From an uncultured Chloroflexia bacterium (GTDB lineage Bacteria > Chloroflexota > Dehalococcoidia > DSTF01 > JALHUB01), in assembly GCA_963835655.1 (NCBI GenBank), contig CAWIGJ010000003.1, positions 868,372 through 932,371 of the forward strand: a DNA stretch of 64,000 nucleotides, read 5' to 3'. Below are positions 39,077 through 48,860 of the stretch, in pieces; position 1 is the first letter of the stretch, and the number at the start of each line of letters is the position of its first letter. Position numbers and translations under genes: made by a program. The notes under the pieces were generated by a model. It did no database searches and was not told the origin of the DNA. It saw only the letters and a program-made list of their open reading frames with translations.

Positions 39077-39207
39077 AACACGCAACCTAGCCGCCTTGGC
39101 GAAGATTGCCGCCTTTCCTGATCCCAAGTGTCATCGAGAGTAGCATGAAGGCGAACCCGACCAGCCACGGATCACAGAATCCAAAGGAACGTTTAGGCGA
39201 CGCGACG

Positions 39208-40338
39208 ATGTCAGTGACGCACGAGCGTCAATGCGCCAAGACCATCGAGCGTTGGGAGTCCTTCTGGTCGTTGGAGGACATCGGAAGGCCCCTGTGGGTG
39301 TTTCCGGCCGCGTCGACCAACTTTGCTGTCTATGCCCGCACAATGTCGTTGAAACAGTTGTTCCGAGAGAAGGAGCTCCAGCTCACGACCGAGCTCGCAA
39401 CCCTCAAGTGGCGTGATCAGATGGAAATCGACGACGACTTTGTGCCGCAGTTGCAGCCTCAAGGAGGCGTCACTGTCTTCGCCTCCGCCTTCGGCTGTCA
39501 AGTTGAGTACTTTGAGCATACGCTGCCCTGGGCGCACCCGGTTATCACGAAGGATGATCCGCCGGAGAAGGTGTACGACCTGAAGCCGCCAGCGGTAACT
39601 GATGGGCAGCTTGGTGCGATGCTTGAATTCACCGACTACTTCGTTGCCGAAACAGGCGGCCGCTACCCGATTGCCCTAACTGACACGCAGGGGCCCTTGG
39701 ACACGTCTTACCTTGTCTGGGAGCCGAGCGCCTTCATGCTGGCGATGTACACCAATCCCAAGGAAGTGCACCACTTAATGCGCCTAGTCACCGACCTGAT
39801 TATCAAGTACGTGAAGGAGCAAAGGGCTCGTTCGCCCGAGTTCATGCCCTGTCACCATCCGCCTCTCTGGCTGCCAGATGGGCGCGGAATCGCAATAAGC
39901 GACGACGGGTTGGCCGTAATAAGCGCAAAGCTGTACGAGGAGTTCTGTCTTCCGTATGTGAATGAGCTCTCTGATGAGTTCGGCGGGATACTCATCCACT
40001 CCTGCGGCAAGTTCGTCCATCAACTCGACAATCTCGGGAAGGTGAACAATTTGCGAGGCCTGAATTTTGGAGCGACCGAGACACCTTTCGAAGCGATCTG
40101 GGAGCGCTTCAATGACAAGACGGCCCTGATCCCTCACCTCGGGCTGAATAACGTGGGCGGCCAGATTCACTTCGAGAACAACGAAGAGTTCATGGGTAGC
40201 CTACTCAGAACGAGAACCCACAATCGCGGGCTCTGCATTATCGTCTCGCCAGCAGAAGGCGAGCTAACGTCATCACAGCCCGATCCCCTGAAGACATTCT
40301 TCGAGCGCACACGGCAGATGCTGGTGCGTTTCAGCTGA
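39208..40338 (+). CDS. Uroporphyrinogen decarboxylase-like / MtaA-CmuA family protein
   Basis: TDTQGPLD, MLAMY..P..VH.L, ISDD and IHSCG motifs. Confidence 0.75.
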   Translation: MSVTHERQCAKTIERWESFWSLEDIGRPLWVFPAASTNFAVYARTMSLKQLFREKELQLTTELATLKWRDQMEIDDDFVPQLQPQGGVTVFASAFGCQVEYFEHTLPWAHPVITKDDPPEKVYDLKPPAVTDGQLGAMLEFTDYFVAETGGRYPIALTDTQGPLDTSYLVWEPSAFMLAMYTNPKEVHHLMRLVTDLIIKYVKEQRARSPEFMPCHHPPLWLPDGRGIAISDDGLAVISAKLYEEFCLPYVNELSDEFGGILIHSCGKFVHQLDNLGKVNNLRGLNFGATETPFEAIWERFNDKTALIPHLGLNNVGGQIHFENNEEFMGSLLRTRTHNRGLCIIVSPAEGELTSSQPDPLKTFFERTRQMLVRFS

Positions 40339-40340
40339 AG

Positions 40341-40716
40341 TGCATCGAAGCGGCGAATGACGAATCGGCTCAGGACAGGGGGCTGGCGCGGCAACTGGAT
40401 TTTGCTTCGAATGAGTCTATTCTCGTTGCAGTGAACACCGGCTTAGATAGGCTCGCCCTGGGCAAGGGAGAGGAGTTGCCCAGGGCGAAAGGGTCATCAG
40501 ATGTGATCGGCGTGAACTACTGCCCGCGAGAAAAGTCCATGCAGAGAGAAGACAGACGGAATGGTCGTTCAAACACTTCGGACACATGGGAATGCGGGCC
40601 TTGGAGCCGGAAACGCTGAATCGGGTGCGGCGCCCGGTCGCCCGGTCGCTTGCCTGTTCCGCGGGATCGCGAAGAGCAGCACGATGAGCGCGGCACATCT
40701 TCAGGGCTATCTGGGC
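40341..40716 (+). pseudogene. Eroded internal fragment of a GH1-like glycosidase
   Basis: One frame reads DRGLARQLDF.SNESIL.AV.TG...P.AKGSSDVIGVNY. Shifted frames give MG..ALEPETL and RGIA...AHL.GYL, resembling the GH1 C-terminal half. No intact ORF. Confidence 0.45.
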
Positions 40717-40757
40717 TAACGGACGACTAGCTGATTGGACTGAAAGGAACCGACAAC

Positions 40758-41930
40758 GTGGAACGCGATCAGTTTACTCCGAGCAAAGAAGACAGGTTTA
40801 CCTTTGGCCTCTGGACGGTTGGCAATACGGGCCGTGACACGTGGGGCGCAGAGGTCCGTGCTGACCTCCCTCCGCAACATATCTTGGAGCGATTGAGCGC
40901 CCTGGGGGCGTATGGCGTTTGCTTCCATGACAACGATCTCGTTCCTTTTCACGCCACTCTGAAGGAGCGCGATCGGATCGTTCGGGAATTCCGAAAGGCT
41001 CTGGTTGATTCGGGCATGAAGCTCACAATGGCGACGACGAACCTCGCGTTTCATCCAATCTTCAGGGACGGCGCTTTCACTGCCAATGACACCCGAGTTC
41101 GCGCGTTTGCTCTCCAGAAGGCCATGCGCGGGCTGGATCTAGCTGCGGAGCTGGACGCTCACATCTATGTCTTCTGGGGAGGCCGAGAAGGCGTCGAGGT
41201 CGAGGCGGCCAAAGACCCGAGAGAGGCGATCAAGCGCTATCGGGAGGCTATGAACTTCCTCTGTGAGTACGCTCTCGATCAGAAGTACGACATGCGCTTC
41301 GCTCTTGAGGCGAAGCCCAATGAGCCGCGCGGCGACATCTTCCTTTCTACGACCGGCCACATGCTTCACTTCATCGAAACCCTAGACCATCCTGAAATGG
41401 TCGGCGTCAACCCCGAGGTTGCGCATGAACAGATGGCCGGTCTGAACTTCGTTCACGTTGTCGCTCAAGCGCTGGAGGCGGGCAAGCTATTCCACATCGA
41501 CCTCAATGACCAGAAAGGGCCGCGCTACGACCAGGACCTGCGTTTTGCTTCAGAAAACCTCAAATCGTCATTCTTCCTCGTGAAGCTGCTCGAGGACTCG
41601 CATTACGAAGGCCCAAAGCACTTCGATGCTCACGCGTACCGCACAGAGGACGAGAACGGGGTTTGGGACTTCGCTCTCGGTTGCATGAGAAGCTACAAAA
41701 TCCTGCAGACCAAGGCGAAGCGCTTCAACGAAGACAAGGAAATACAGGCTCTGCTGTCTGAACTGCAGCGTCCGCACGAAGACGTGACCGAGCTACTCGG
41801 ACCTTATTCACCCGAGAAGGCTAGCCGGATCAAGGCTACGAGTTTCGACGTTGACGGGATCGCCCGCCAGGGGCTCCGTTACGAACGGCTCGACCAGCTC
41901 GTGACGGAGATCCTGTTGGGAGCGCGCTAG
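40758..41930 (+). CDS. xylA: Xylose isomerase (short class I type)
   Basis: FTFGLWTVG, FHDND, WGGREG, EAKPNEPRGD, VNPEVAHE, HIDLN.Q...YDQD and HFDAH motifs. Confidence 0.96.
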   Translation: MERDQFTPSKEDRFTFGLWTVGNTGRDTWGAEVRADLPPQHILERLSALGAYGVCFHDNDLVPFHATLKERDRIVREFRKALVDSGMKLTMATTNLAFHPIFRDGAFTANDTRVRAFALQKAMRGLDLAAELDAHIYVFWGGREGVEVEAAKDPREAIKRYREAMNFLCEYALDQKYDMRFALEAKPNEPRGDIFLSTTGHMLHFIETLDHPEMVGVNPEVAHEQMAGLNFVHVVAQALEAGKLFHIDLNDQKGPRYDQDLRFASENLKSSFFLVKLLEDSHYEGPKHFDAHAYRTEDENGVWDFALGCMRSYKILQTKAKRFNEDKEIQALLSELQRPHEDVTELLGPYSPEKASRIKATSFDVDGIARQGLRYERLDQLVTEILLGAR

Positions 41931-41943
41931 AAGGTACCCTCCT

Positions 41944-43518
41944 GTGAAAGCGGACGAGCCTCGACTCCTCGGCATAGACGTGGGGACCACGGCGCTGAAG
42001 GTCCTGGCGACAGGCCCGGCGGGCAAGGTCATCGCCGTCGCCAGCGCTGCCTATGAGCTGTCGCGTCCGCAAGCAGGTTGGAGCGAGCAGGACCCGGAGG
42101 ACTGGTGGAAGGCGTGCGTTCGAGCTATCCGGAACCTTGGGCGACAGGGCGTCTTTCGGTCGGGCCCGCCGGCAGCCATCGGGCTGACAGGTCAGATGCA
42201 TGGCTCCGTCTTCCTTGATGAAGCGGACAGCGTGCTCCGTCCGGCGATCCTCTGGAACGATCAGCGTACGGCGGCTGAGTGCGACGAGATCGAGAGCAGG
42301 CTTGACCTTGATCGCATTATTGCCCTCACGGCCAACCGTCCGCTCACCGGATTCACCGCGCCGAAGGTCCTCTGGCTGCGCAACCACGAGCCCGAACACT
42401 ACCGGCGCGTTCGCCATGTCCTCCTTCCGAAGGACTATCTCCGGCTGCGCCTCACCGGGGAGTGCGCGACCGATGTCTCTGACGCCTCCGGCACTCTTCT
42501 GTTCGACGTTCGCCGGCGCAAGTGGTCACAGAAAATGCTGGAGGCGCTGCGGATTGACTCCGGCTGGCTTCCTCCCGCTCTCGAATCTCCCGTAATTAGC
42601 GGGCAGCTAACCCGGCAAGCAGCGCGTGCCTTGGGCCTGGCACCAGGCATCCCGGTGGTCGCTGGTGCCGGAGACCAGGCAGCAGGGGCGGTCGGAAGCG
42701 GCGCCGTAGAGTCAGGGATAATCGACGTGAGCATCGGCACCTCGGGCGTCGTCTTCGCGCCCACGCAGGAGCCGCTTTCTGATCCCGAGGCCAGTCTTCA
42801 CTGCTTCTGCCACGCTTCGTCCGACCTCTGGCACGTTATGGGCGTTATGCTTTCTGCCGGCGGCTCCCTCCAATGGCTCAGCGATTTGTTTCGGAGCGTT
42901 TCTTCTAAGCGCCTCGCAATGGAACTTTGGCTAACCGGGCTGGCGCAGACTGTTCCGGCGGGTTCAGACGGCCTTCTCTTCCTGCCTTACCTGGCCGGTG
43001 AGCGCACACCCCATGCCGATCCTCTCGCCAGGGGCGCCTTCGTCGGTCTCACTGATCGACACGGACCGGCGGAAATGGCACGTGCCGTTATGGAAGGAGT
43101 GGCGTTCGGTCTGCGCGATTCGCTCGAATTGGTGCGGCAGCTTGGTGTTGCCCCGACCGAAATTCGAGTTGTCGGAGGCGGCGCTCGAAGTGTGTTGTGG
43201 CGACAAATCATTGCCGACGTCTTCGGCCTTCCGGTAGCGAGTCTGGCTATGGATGAGGGCGGTGCGTTCGGCGCAGCTTTGCTTGCGGGAGTCGGCGCGG
43301 GCCTTTTCCCCGATGTCCACGCGGCTTGCCGGATCGCCGTCAGAACCGGAGATCGGATCGAACCAGAGCGCAAGACGGCAGTCTTCTATGAAGCGTTGTA
43401 CGGCCAGTACCGCGCTCTCTATCCAGCGCTGAAGAAGCCGTTCCACGCCCTGCACGAACTGTCCACCCGTTCTAACACCCACATTGCAGACTCGGAGGAA
43501 TCAGATGCCTTTTGCTAA
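41944..43518 (+). CDS. xylB: Xylulokinase
   Basis: GIDVGTT, GLTGQMHG, LWNDQRT, GDQAAGA, IGTSGV, PYLAGERTP and GGGARS motifs. Confidence 0.95.
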   Translation: MKADEPRLLGIDVGTTALKVLATGPAGKVIAVASAAYELSRPQAGWSEQDPEDWWKACVRAIRNLGRQGVFRSGPPAAIGLTGQMHGSVFLDEADSVLRPAILWNDQRTAAECDEIESRLDLDRIIALTANRPLTGFTAPKVLWLRNHEPEHYRRVRHVLLPKDYLRLRLTGECATDVSDASGTLLFDVRRRKWSQKMLEALRIDSGWLPPALESPVISGQLTRQAARALGLAPGIPVVAGAGDQAAGAVGSGAVESGIIDVSIGTSGVVFAPTQEPLSDPEASLHCFCHASSDLWHVMGVMLSAGGSLQWLSDLFRSVSSKRLAMELWLTGLAQTVPAGSDGLLFLPYLAGERTPHADPLARGAFVGLTDRHGPAEMARAVMEGVAFGLRDSLELVRQLGVAPTEIRVVGGGARSVLWRQIIADVFGLPVASLAMDEGGAFGAALLAGVGAGLFPDVHAACRIAVRTGDRIEPERKTAVFYEALYGQYRALYPALKKPFHALHELSTRSNTHIADSEESDAFC

Positions 43519-44308
43519 GGTTAATGGAGTGAATCTCTACTACCAGCGACACGGCGAGACCGGCGAACAGCTGGTCTTCATTCATGGCTACGGACGGGAC
43601 ATGACCGACTGGGCATACCAGGTTGCGCAGTTCTCGCCTGATTTTCGCGTCCTTACTCTCGACCTCCGTGGACACGGGAGTTCGGAGGCGCCCGACCGCT
43701 CAGCCTACAGTGTCGAAGAGATGGCGCGAGACGTGCAGGCACTAGCGGGAGTTCTTGGCTTTGAGAGGTACCATCTCGTCGGACACTCCCTTGGCGGTTG
43801 TATTGTCCAGGAAGTCGCGCTCAGTGTTCCCGAGCGGCTGCTCTCCCTGACATTGGAAGACACGGGACCTCTGGGCGCCGTCCCAGACGACCTCGAAAGG
43901 CAGAAGTTCAACGCAATGCAGATCGAGTTGGCTCAGACGAAGGGCATGGCGGCGGTGGTCGATTTGTGCCACCAGTACGTCGGCCGTTTCGTCTTCCTAC
44001 AAGACATGCTGGGGACGGATTTCGACCGACTGGAGAGGATGCCCGTGGAAGCGCTCATCGGCGCCACGCTCGTGGGCCCAAAGTGGATCGGAACGATCGA
44101 CAGAGCCTTATCGATTGCCACGCCGACTCTGGTCATCTGTGGCGAACTCGACGCCGCTCCAATGGTCTTTGCATCGCAGTGGCTCGCCCAGACGATTCCA
44201 AATGCCAGGTTGGAAATGGTTCCCCGCGCCGGTCATTCGCCGCAAAGAGTGCAGACAGAACTATACAATAGGGCGCTGCGACGGCATTTGCAGGAGCACC
44301 ACAGCTAA
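43505..44308 (+). CDS. Alpha/beta fold hydrolase (enol-lactonase-like)
   Basis: FIHG, DLRGHG.S, GHSLGG, GELD and AGHSP motifs. Confidence 0.88.
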   Translation: MPFAKVNGVNLYYQRHGETGEQLVFIHGYGRDMTDWAYQVAQFSPDFRVLTLDLRGHGSSEAPDRSAYSVEEMARDVQALAGVLGFERYHLVGHSLGGCIVQEVALSVPERLLSLTLEDTGPLGAVPDDLERQKFNAMQIELAQTKGMAAVVDLCHQYVGRFVFLQDMLGTDFDRLERMPVEALIGATLVGPKWIGTIDRALSIATPTLVICGELDAAPMVFASQWLAQTIPNARLEMVPRAGHSPQRVQTELYNRALRRHLQEHHS

Positions 44309-44420
44309 GCCGCCGCAGGACAGGGACCCCCAACGGTTGTGATTTATAACTCTGTAGCCGGATGATGTAGCCCTGCATATTTGCGCCTGCCGAAATCAGC
44401 TGCCCAGGCGTTCATACACG

Positions 44421-46001
44421 CTACGTCGCCCGCCAGTGCTCGTCTCCACTTGCATCGATTATCCGATAGCCGACATCGAGCTGTTCCGCCAGCTCGACGA
44501 GATGCGGCGTGTAGTCGCCGAAGGTAAAGGCGAGATGATTGGAAGGCCACATCGCCGCCAGCGCCCGGTCTGAAAGCGATAGCTTCCCTCTCAACACCGG
44601 CCACGACACGTTGTAGCGCTCGTGCTCCGCCGGACCAACGTCCAAAGTCTCGACAACTGTGGCCGCCAGATAGTAGCGCATGTTCTCCCGCCCCAAGCGT
44701 GCGACCGTCACCTCCAACCCGCCAGGCGTTCGGCCTCTCACCGCAGCGCCACCGCCGGCATAAAATATCTCCTGTCCGAAGAATTCGGCGCGCAAGTCTT
44801 TGATATGACCCGCCTCCTCGGGTCGACCGTAGAAGTAAGTCGGGTGCTGCCCACAGTTCACGATTGCCAGCGTGCCCGCTTCGACGTCGCGGAAGTCGCC
44901 GAACGCCGCCGGCTGGCCAGAGAGGAGGTGCAGCATGAGCTGGGTAAGTGCAGTATCCATGTCATTCTCACAGGACGTTGGATAGATGCGCTGTTGTGGC
45001 GTGCCATCGGGGGCCACGTCATTTCCCAGGTAGCATGTGGCGACGCAGGCAGTGCACAGGTTGGCGCTGAGCTCATCCTGGCACTTGATACCCGCAAACG
45101 TGGCGCCGGTTTCTTCGATGATGTCGCGCGCAGCGTAGAACATAGCGACCTGTAGGACGAACTTTCCGATAGACGGGAGGCTTGCACGGCTGAAGTCGAA
45201 TTTGCCGGTTCTTTTTTTGTACTCGACGGCGGCGGCGACGCGGGCATCGAGTATCTCACAATCACTTTCGCCGGGACGGCCACTCCATTTCACCATCGCC
45301 CGAGCGCGCTCGACGATTTCGGACTGATCGCGATGGTCATAGCTCACCTTGAAGAGCTTCTGCCAGAGGTTTGGGTCCGCCGTCGCCGTCGGCATGCGCA
45401 GGGCCTCGCCGCCGAACTGAAGGTACTTCTGCTCGGGAAGTCGCGCGATTGCCGACGCGACGGTTTCGGCGGCGGACGCCCGGCGTTTGAAAAACCTTAG
45501 CTTGCTGAGCACGTCCTCGAGCGTCCACGAGTCCTCGTCGATACGACCGTAGGCGATGTGGAACGACTTGCCCATCGTCCTTAGGGCACCGGCAATCGCC
45601 ATCAGCGCGACGAGGCCGGGCACCTGAGTGTCCTTGTAAGCGAACAGCAGCAGCCGCGAATTGCCTCCTCCACCGCCGAGCAGCAGCCGCAGCGTTGACT
45701 CATAAACGTCGACGGCGTCGACAGAATCGCGTGGGAACGTCCAGGAACCCTGATTGAGAATGAGAGCGTCGGGCCGGGCATCCGCGATGCGCTTCGCCTG
45801 GCGCACGACAAGGTCATGGTTCCAGGCTATCTGATCCTCGCGCGCGAAGCCGTCCCCACCTCGAATGACCTCGACGCCCCGGGCGGTAAGCGCGTCAATG
45901 AGCAGCGCCTCGTGGTGTAGCATGAGGTCAAGGTTATCAGAGCGCACCCAGGCGCGATTGTCGTTTGGCGAGAAAACGCCGACACGAATACGCTCGTTCA
46001 T
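44421..46001 (-). CDS. L-fucose/D-arabinose isomerase-family protein
   Basis: W.FP, KCQDELS, CEND.D.ALT, NCG and GGAAV...PG.VTVARL motifs, consistent with the FucI/AraA superfamily. Confidence 0.75.
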   Translation of the reverse strand: MNERIRVGVFSPNDNRAWVRSDNLDLMLHHEALLIDALTARGVEVIRGGDGFAREDQIAWNHDLVVRQAKRIADARPDALILNQGSWTFPRDSVDAVDVYESTLRLLLGGGGGNSRLLLFAYKDTQVPGLVALMAIAGALRTMGKSFHIAYGRIDEDSWTLEDVLSKLRFFKRRASAAETVASAIARLPEQKYLQFGGEALRMPTATADPNLWQKLFKVSYDHRDQSEIVERARAMVKWSGRPGESDCEILDARVAAAVEYKKRTGKFDFSRASLPSIGKFVLQVAMFYAARDIIEETGATFAGIKCQDELSANLCTACVATCYLGNDVAPDGTPQQRIYPTSCENDMDTALTQLMLHLLSGQPAAFGDFRDVEAGTLAIVNCGQHPTYFYGRPEEAGHIKDLRAEFFGQEIFYAGGGAAVRGRTPGGLEVTVARLGRENMRYYLAATVVETLDVGPAEHERYNVSWPVLRGKLSLSDRALAAMWPSNHLAFTFGDYTPHLVELAEQLDVGYRIIDASGDEHWRAT

Positions 46002-46050
46002 CGCGGTCTTGCCTCCCTATGCTTACGCAACATGGGCCGTGTCTAGGTTG

Positions 46051-47139
46051 TTAGGGAACATCCGGGCGCGGCAAACGTTCGGCGGCAGGCGGTAGTTCCG
46101 GAAACAGGGCATGCGGCTCGGTCTGGTACCAGTACGCCGTGCTGGAGTAGTCATTACTAAGACTGTTTGCGTGTCCATGTTCGATCGTGACCCGGATCGA
46201 GTTCTCGAACATAACCGGGTCTTCAATGTGAAAGCGGTAGAGTGAGTTCTTGCCCCTCCACGGCCATTCTTCAGTGCCGCTGTAAACAGTGACACCGTAG
46301 TAGGGGGCGCAGAACTCGCGTCTCGGCGAGAACGCGGTGTTGAAGTAGTCCTCCGTGCCCGTGCCGTGCAGCGTCGGCGGCCAAACGTCGCCGTCGATGA
46401 AGATCATGTCGTCGCCTTCCCCGTACCAATCGTTCATTTGTCGCGAGAAGCAGTCAATATTGAGGTTGCAGCCGACGTAGTGGCCGCGGCCTTCGGCTTC
46501 GAGGATGACATAGTTGTCTTTGCCGTCAAGGTTCGGCGTCGACCATACATTCTTGCGCAGCTCGCTGAAATCGCCGGACGCGGGGTCATCGTCATACCGG
46601 CCTTTGCCCCAGCCCTGCGTTGGGTTCTCGCGCCGCCACTGCGCGTGGAAGCGCGCCAGGCCGTCATCGATGTGATCGTGCTCCTCATAATCGACGTAGT
46701 AATAGAAGATCATGCCCTGGTCCGACTCGTTGCCCACTTCGATGCGGCCGCGCGAAGCGAAAGGCATCGGGAAGAAGCAGTTGAATCCGCGTCCGTCCTG
46801 GGGACTCATGCTCAGGGGCAGCGACCAGAAGTCTTTTACAATGCCGTGGCCGATGCCGAAGAAGTCACCGATAGGAGCCTCAACGCAGGGACTCGAAGCG
46901 CCGTCCCAGTACATGCGCAGAACAGTGGTTCGGGCATAGAAAGGATTATCGCGCGTGGCCATTGTGCACCAGATGTGGCGGATGATGCCCGGCCCGGTAA
47001 TGTCGCAGAGAACCGCGCGCTCCTTCGGTAGCAGCAAGACGAAGTCGGCGTTGCCGCCCTTCCGGTCCCAACTCGATGCCCGTCGCCGGCGACCGTCGCG
47101 CAGACTCGCAAGGTTACTCAGAGACGTACCACCGATCAT
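46051..47139 (-). CDS. DUF2961 / glycoside hydrolase family 172 protein
   Basis: ASS.DR.GGN.D, GPG.I.HIW.T, LRMYWDG...P.VE.P.GDFFG, EGDD.IFIDG, GTGTEDYF and YRFH..DPV.F...IRVTIEHG motifs. Confidence 0.92.
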   Translation of the reverse strand: MIGGTSLSNLASLRDGRRRRASSWDRKGGNADFVLLLPKERAVLCDITGPGIIRHIWCTMATRDNPFYARTTVLRMYWDGASSPCVEAPIGDFFGIGHGIVKDFWSLPLSMSPQDGRGFNCFFPMPFASRGRIEVGNESDQGMIFYYYVDYEEHDHIDDGLARFHAQWRRENPTQGWGKGRYDDDPASGDFSELRKNVWSTPNLDGKDNYVILEAEGRGHYVGCNLNIDCFSRQMNDWYGEGDDMIFIDGDVWPPTLHGTGTEDYFNTAFSPRREFCAPYYGVTVYSGTEEWPWRGKNSLYRFHIEDPVMFENSIRVTIEHGHANSLSNDYSSTAYWYQTEPHALFPELPPAAERLPRPDVP

Positions 47140-48857
47140 TGTTCCTCCCGCGAAAGCGCAGCCAATCCCTCGTCACTGCGCGTCCGATGCCGAGTATTCA
47201 CGGCAACCGATGACGTTCTACCGTCGCTTTGCATTATCCGACGATAATCAAGCTGATGCTCGTACATTTGCAGGAACACCCGATGTTTGGCCTCAAGAAA
47301 AGGCTTGCGGCTGCGGTTCGGCCTTACTATCTCAGCCTTTGGGCTCATGGAATCGACAGCCGTGAGTACCGAAGGATGAACACCTGCCGCGACCGCAGCG
47401 AGCATCGCTGAACCCAGCAGCACCGGTTCAGTGTCCGGCGCAAGGTAGACGTCGCAGCCGGTGACGTCGGCGTGCTCTTGCATGAGTAGCGGATTCTTGC
47501 TTCCGCCGCCGCAGGCGTGCAGCCGTCGAATGGCGTAGCCGGCGCTGTTCATCTCGTCGATGATGTGACGCGTGCCATGTGCGATCGCCTCCAACGTCGC
47601 GAGATAGAGAAGCGCGAGGTTTCGCGGGGACGAATCCAGGGTTAGACCGCTGATCATGCCGCGGGCGTGGCTGTCGGCGCGCGGCGAGCGGTTACCGTGG
47701 AAATAGGGCAGCACGTGCAGGTCTGTGAGTGCCTTCTCCTGCTCGGCCACGCTCATGGTGGCCAGATCGCTGTTCAGGACTTCATAGACGGTGCGGCCGG
47801 AAGCAGCAGCGGCCTTGGCGATGGCCCGGTATGCAGCGTGGTTTTCGATGACATGGTCGATGAGCGAACCAGTGGCGCTCTGGCCACCCTCGTTCAGCCA
47901 CATCCCAGGTACCATCGCGCCGTAGTACGGGCCCCAGACGCCGTCAATGAACCGCGCTTCCGATGACACAGCCATGTGGCAGGAGGATGTCCCGGCTATC
48001 AGGGCGAGCCGGTCGTCTAGCCGGCCCAGGCCAGCGCCAGGCTCATTCGCGCGGTGCATTCCGAGAACACCGATGCCGCCGGCGTGGGCGTCGATGATGC
48101 CCGTGGCGACCGCGATGCCTGCTTTCAGACCAAGCTCGGCAGCGGCAGCCTGTGTTAGGGAGCCCGCGCGAGAGCCGATCGGTGCAACCCGCGTGCCGGC
48201 CCGTCCGCCTTGGAACAGATCTTCGAGGCCGATCTGCTTGAAGAATGTGAGATCCCAGGCGCCGGGCTCCCCCTGATGCCCGAGATACGTCCACTTGCAG
48301 ACGACGGTGCACAGGCTGCGTACGTCGTCGCCGCAGGCTTGGAAGACAAGGTAGTCGGCCAAGTCAAGGAACTTGCCAGTATTTGCCCAGGTTTCCGGCA
48401 GGTTCTCCTTAATCCATTTCAGCTTCGGCGGCTCTTGTTCCGGTGAGAGCTTGCCGCCGACATAGCGAAGGACAGCGTGGTCGGTGGCATTGATGCGGTC
48501 CGCCTGGTCCTGGGCGCGGTGGTCCATCCAGACGATGATGTTGTGAGACGGGTCGCCGGTCGGAGAAATAGTGATTGGGCGGTTATCACGGTCGAGGGCG
48601 ACAAGCGAGCAGGTTGCGTCGAAGCCGATCCCGGCGATACGCGAAGGCTTCACCGCCGCGGCACGGATCGCTTTGCGCACGGACTGCGCCGTCGCCTCCC
48701 AGATCTGCCTGGACGACTGCTCGACGCAATCTTCCTGCGGGTGGAACACGTCGATGTCGGTAGATTCGGCGGCGAGTACCCGGCCGTCGGACGCAAAGAC
48801 GCCGGCCCTTACACCTGCCGTACCGACATCAACGCTGGCAAGAAAGCGCTCGTCCGT
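47136..48857 (-). CDS. FGGY-family pentulose (D-ribulose-type) kinase; apparent ACG start
   Basis: GFDATCSLV, WMDHRA, IIDAHAGG, GTSSCHM, EGGQSATG and FHGNRSP motifs. The N-terminal VDVGT motif lies upstream of GTG 48749, with only ACG 48857 as a plausible start. Confidence 0.85.
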   Translation of the reverse strand, partial: TDERFLASVDVGTAGVRAGVFASDGRVLAAESTDIDVFHPQEDCVEQSSRQIWEATAQSVRKAIRAAAVKPSRIAGIGFDATCSLVALDRDNRPITISPTGDPSHNIIVWMDHRAQDQADRINATDHAVLRYVGGKLSPEQEPPKLKWIKENLPETWANTGKFLDLADYLVFQACGDDVRSLCTVVCKWTYLGHQGEPGAWDLTFFKQIGLEDLFQGGRAGTRVAPIGSRAGSLTQAAAAELGLKAGIAVATGIIDAHAGGIGVLGMHRANEPGAGLGRLDDRLALIAGTSSCHMAVSSEARFIDGVWGPYYGAMVPGMWLNEGGQSATGSLIDHVIENHAAYRAIAKAAAASGRTVYEVLNSDLATMSVAEQEKALTDLHVLPYFHGNRSPRADSHARGMISGLTLDSSPRNLALLYLATLEAIAHGTRHIIDEMNSAGYAIRRLHACGGGSKNPLLMQEHADVTGCDVYLAPDTEPVLLGSAMLAAVAAGVHPSVLTAVDSMSPKAEIVRPNRSRKPFLEAKHRVFLQMYEHQLDYRRIMQSDGRTSSVAVNTRHRTRSDEGLAALSREEQ

Positions 48858-48860
48858 AGT

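Noticed and set aside
40453-40488. Perfect 13-bp stem TCGCCCTGGGCAA/TTGCCCAGGGCGA
   Set aside because: No U-tract on either strand, single copy, and it lies within the GH1-like relic; no function can be supported.
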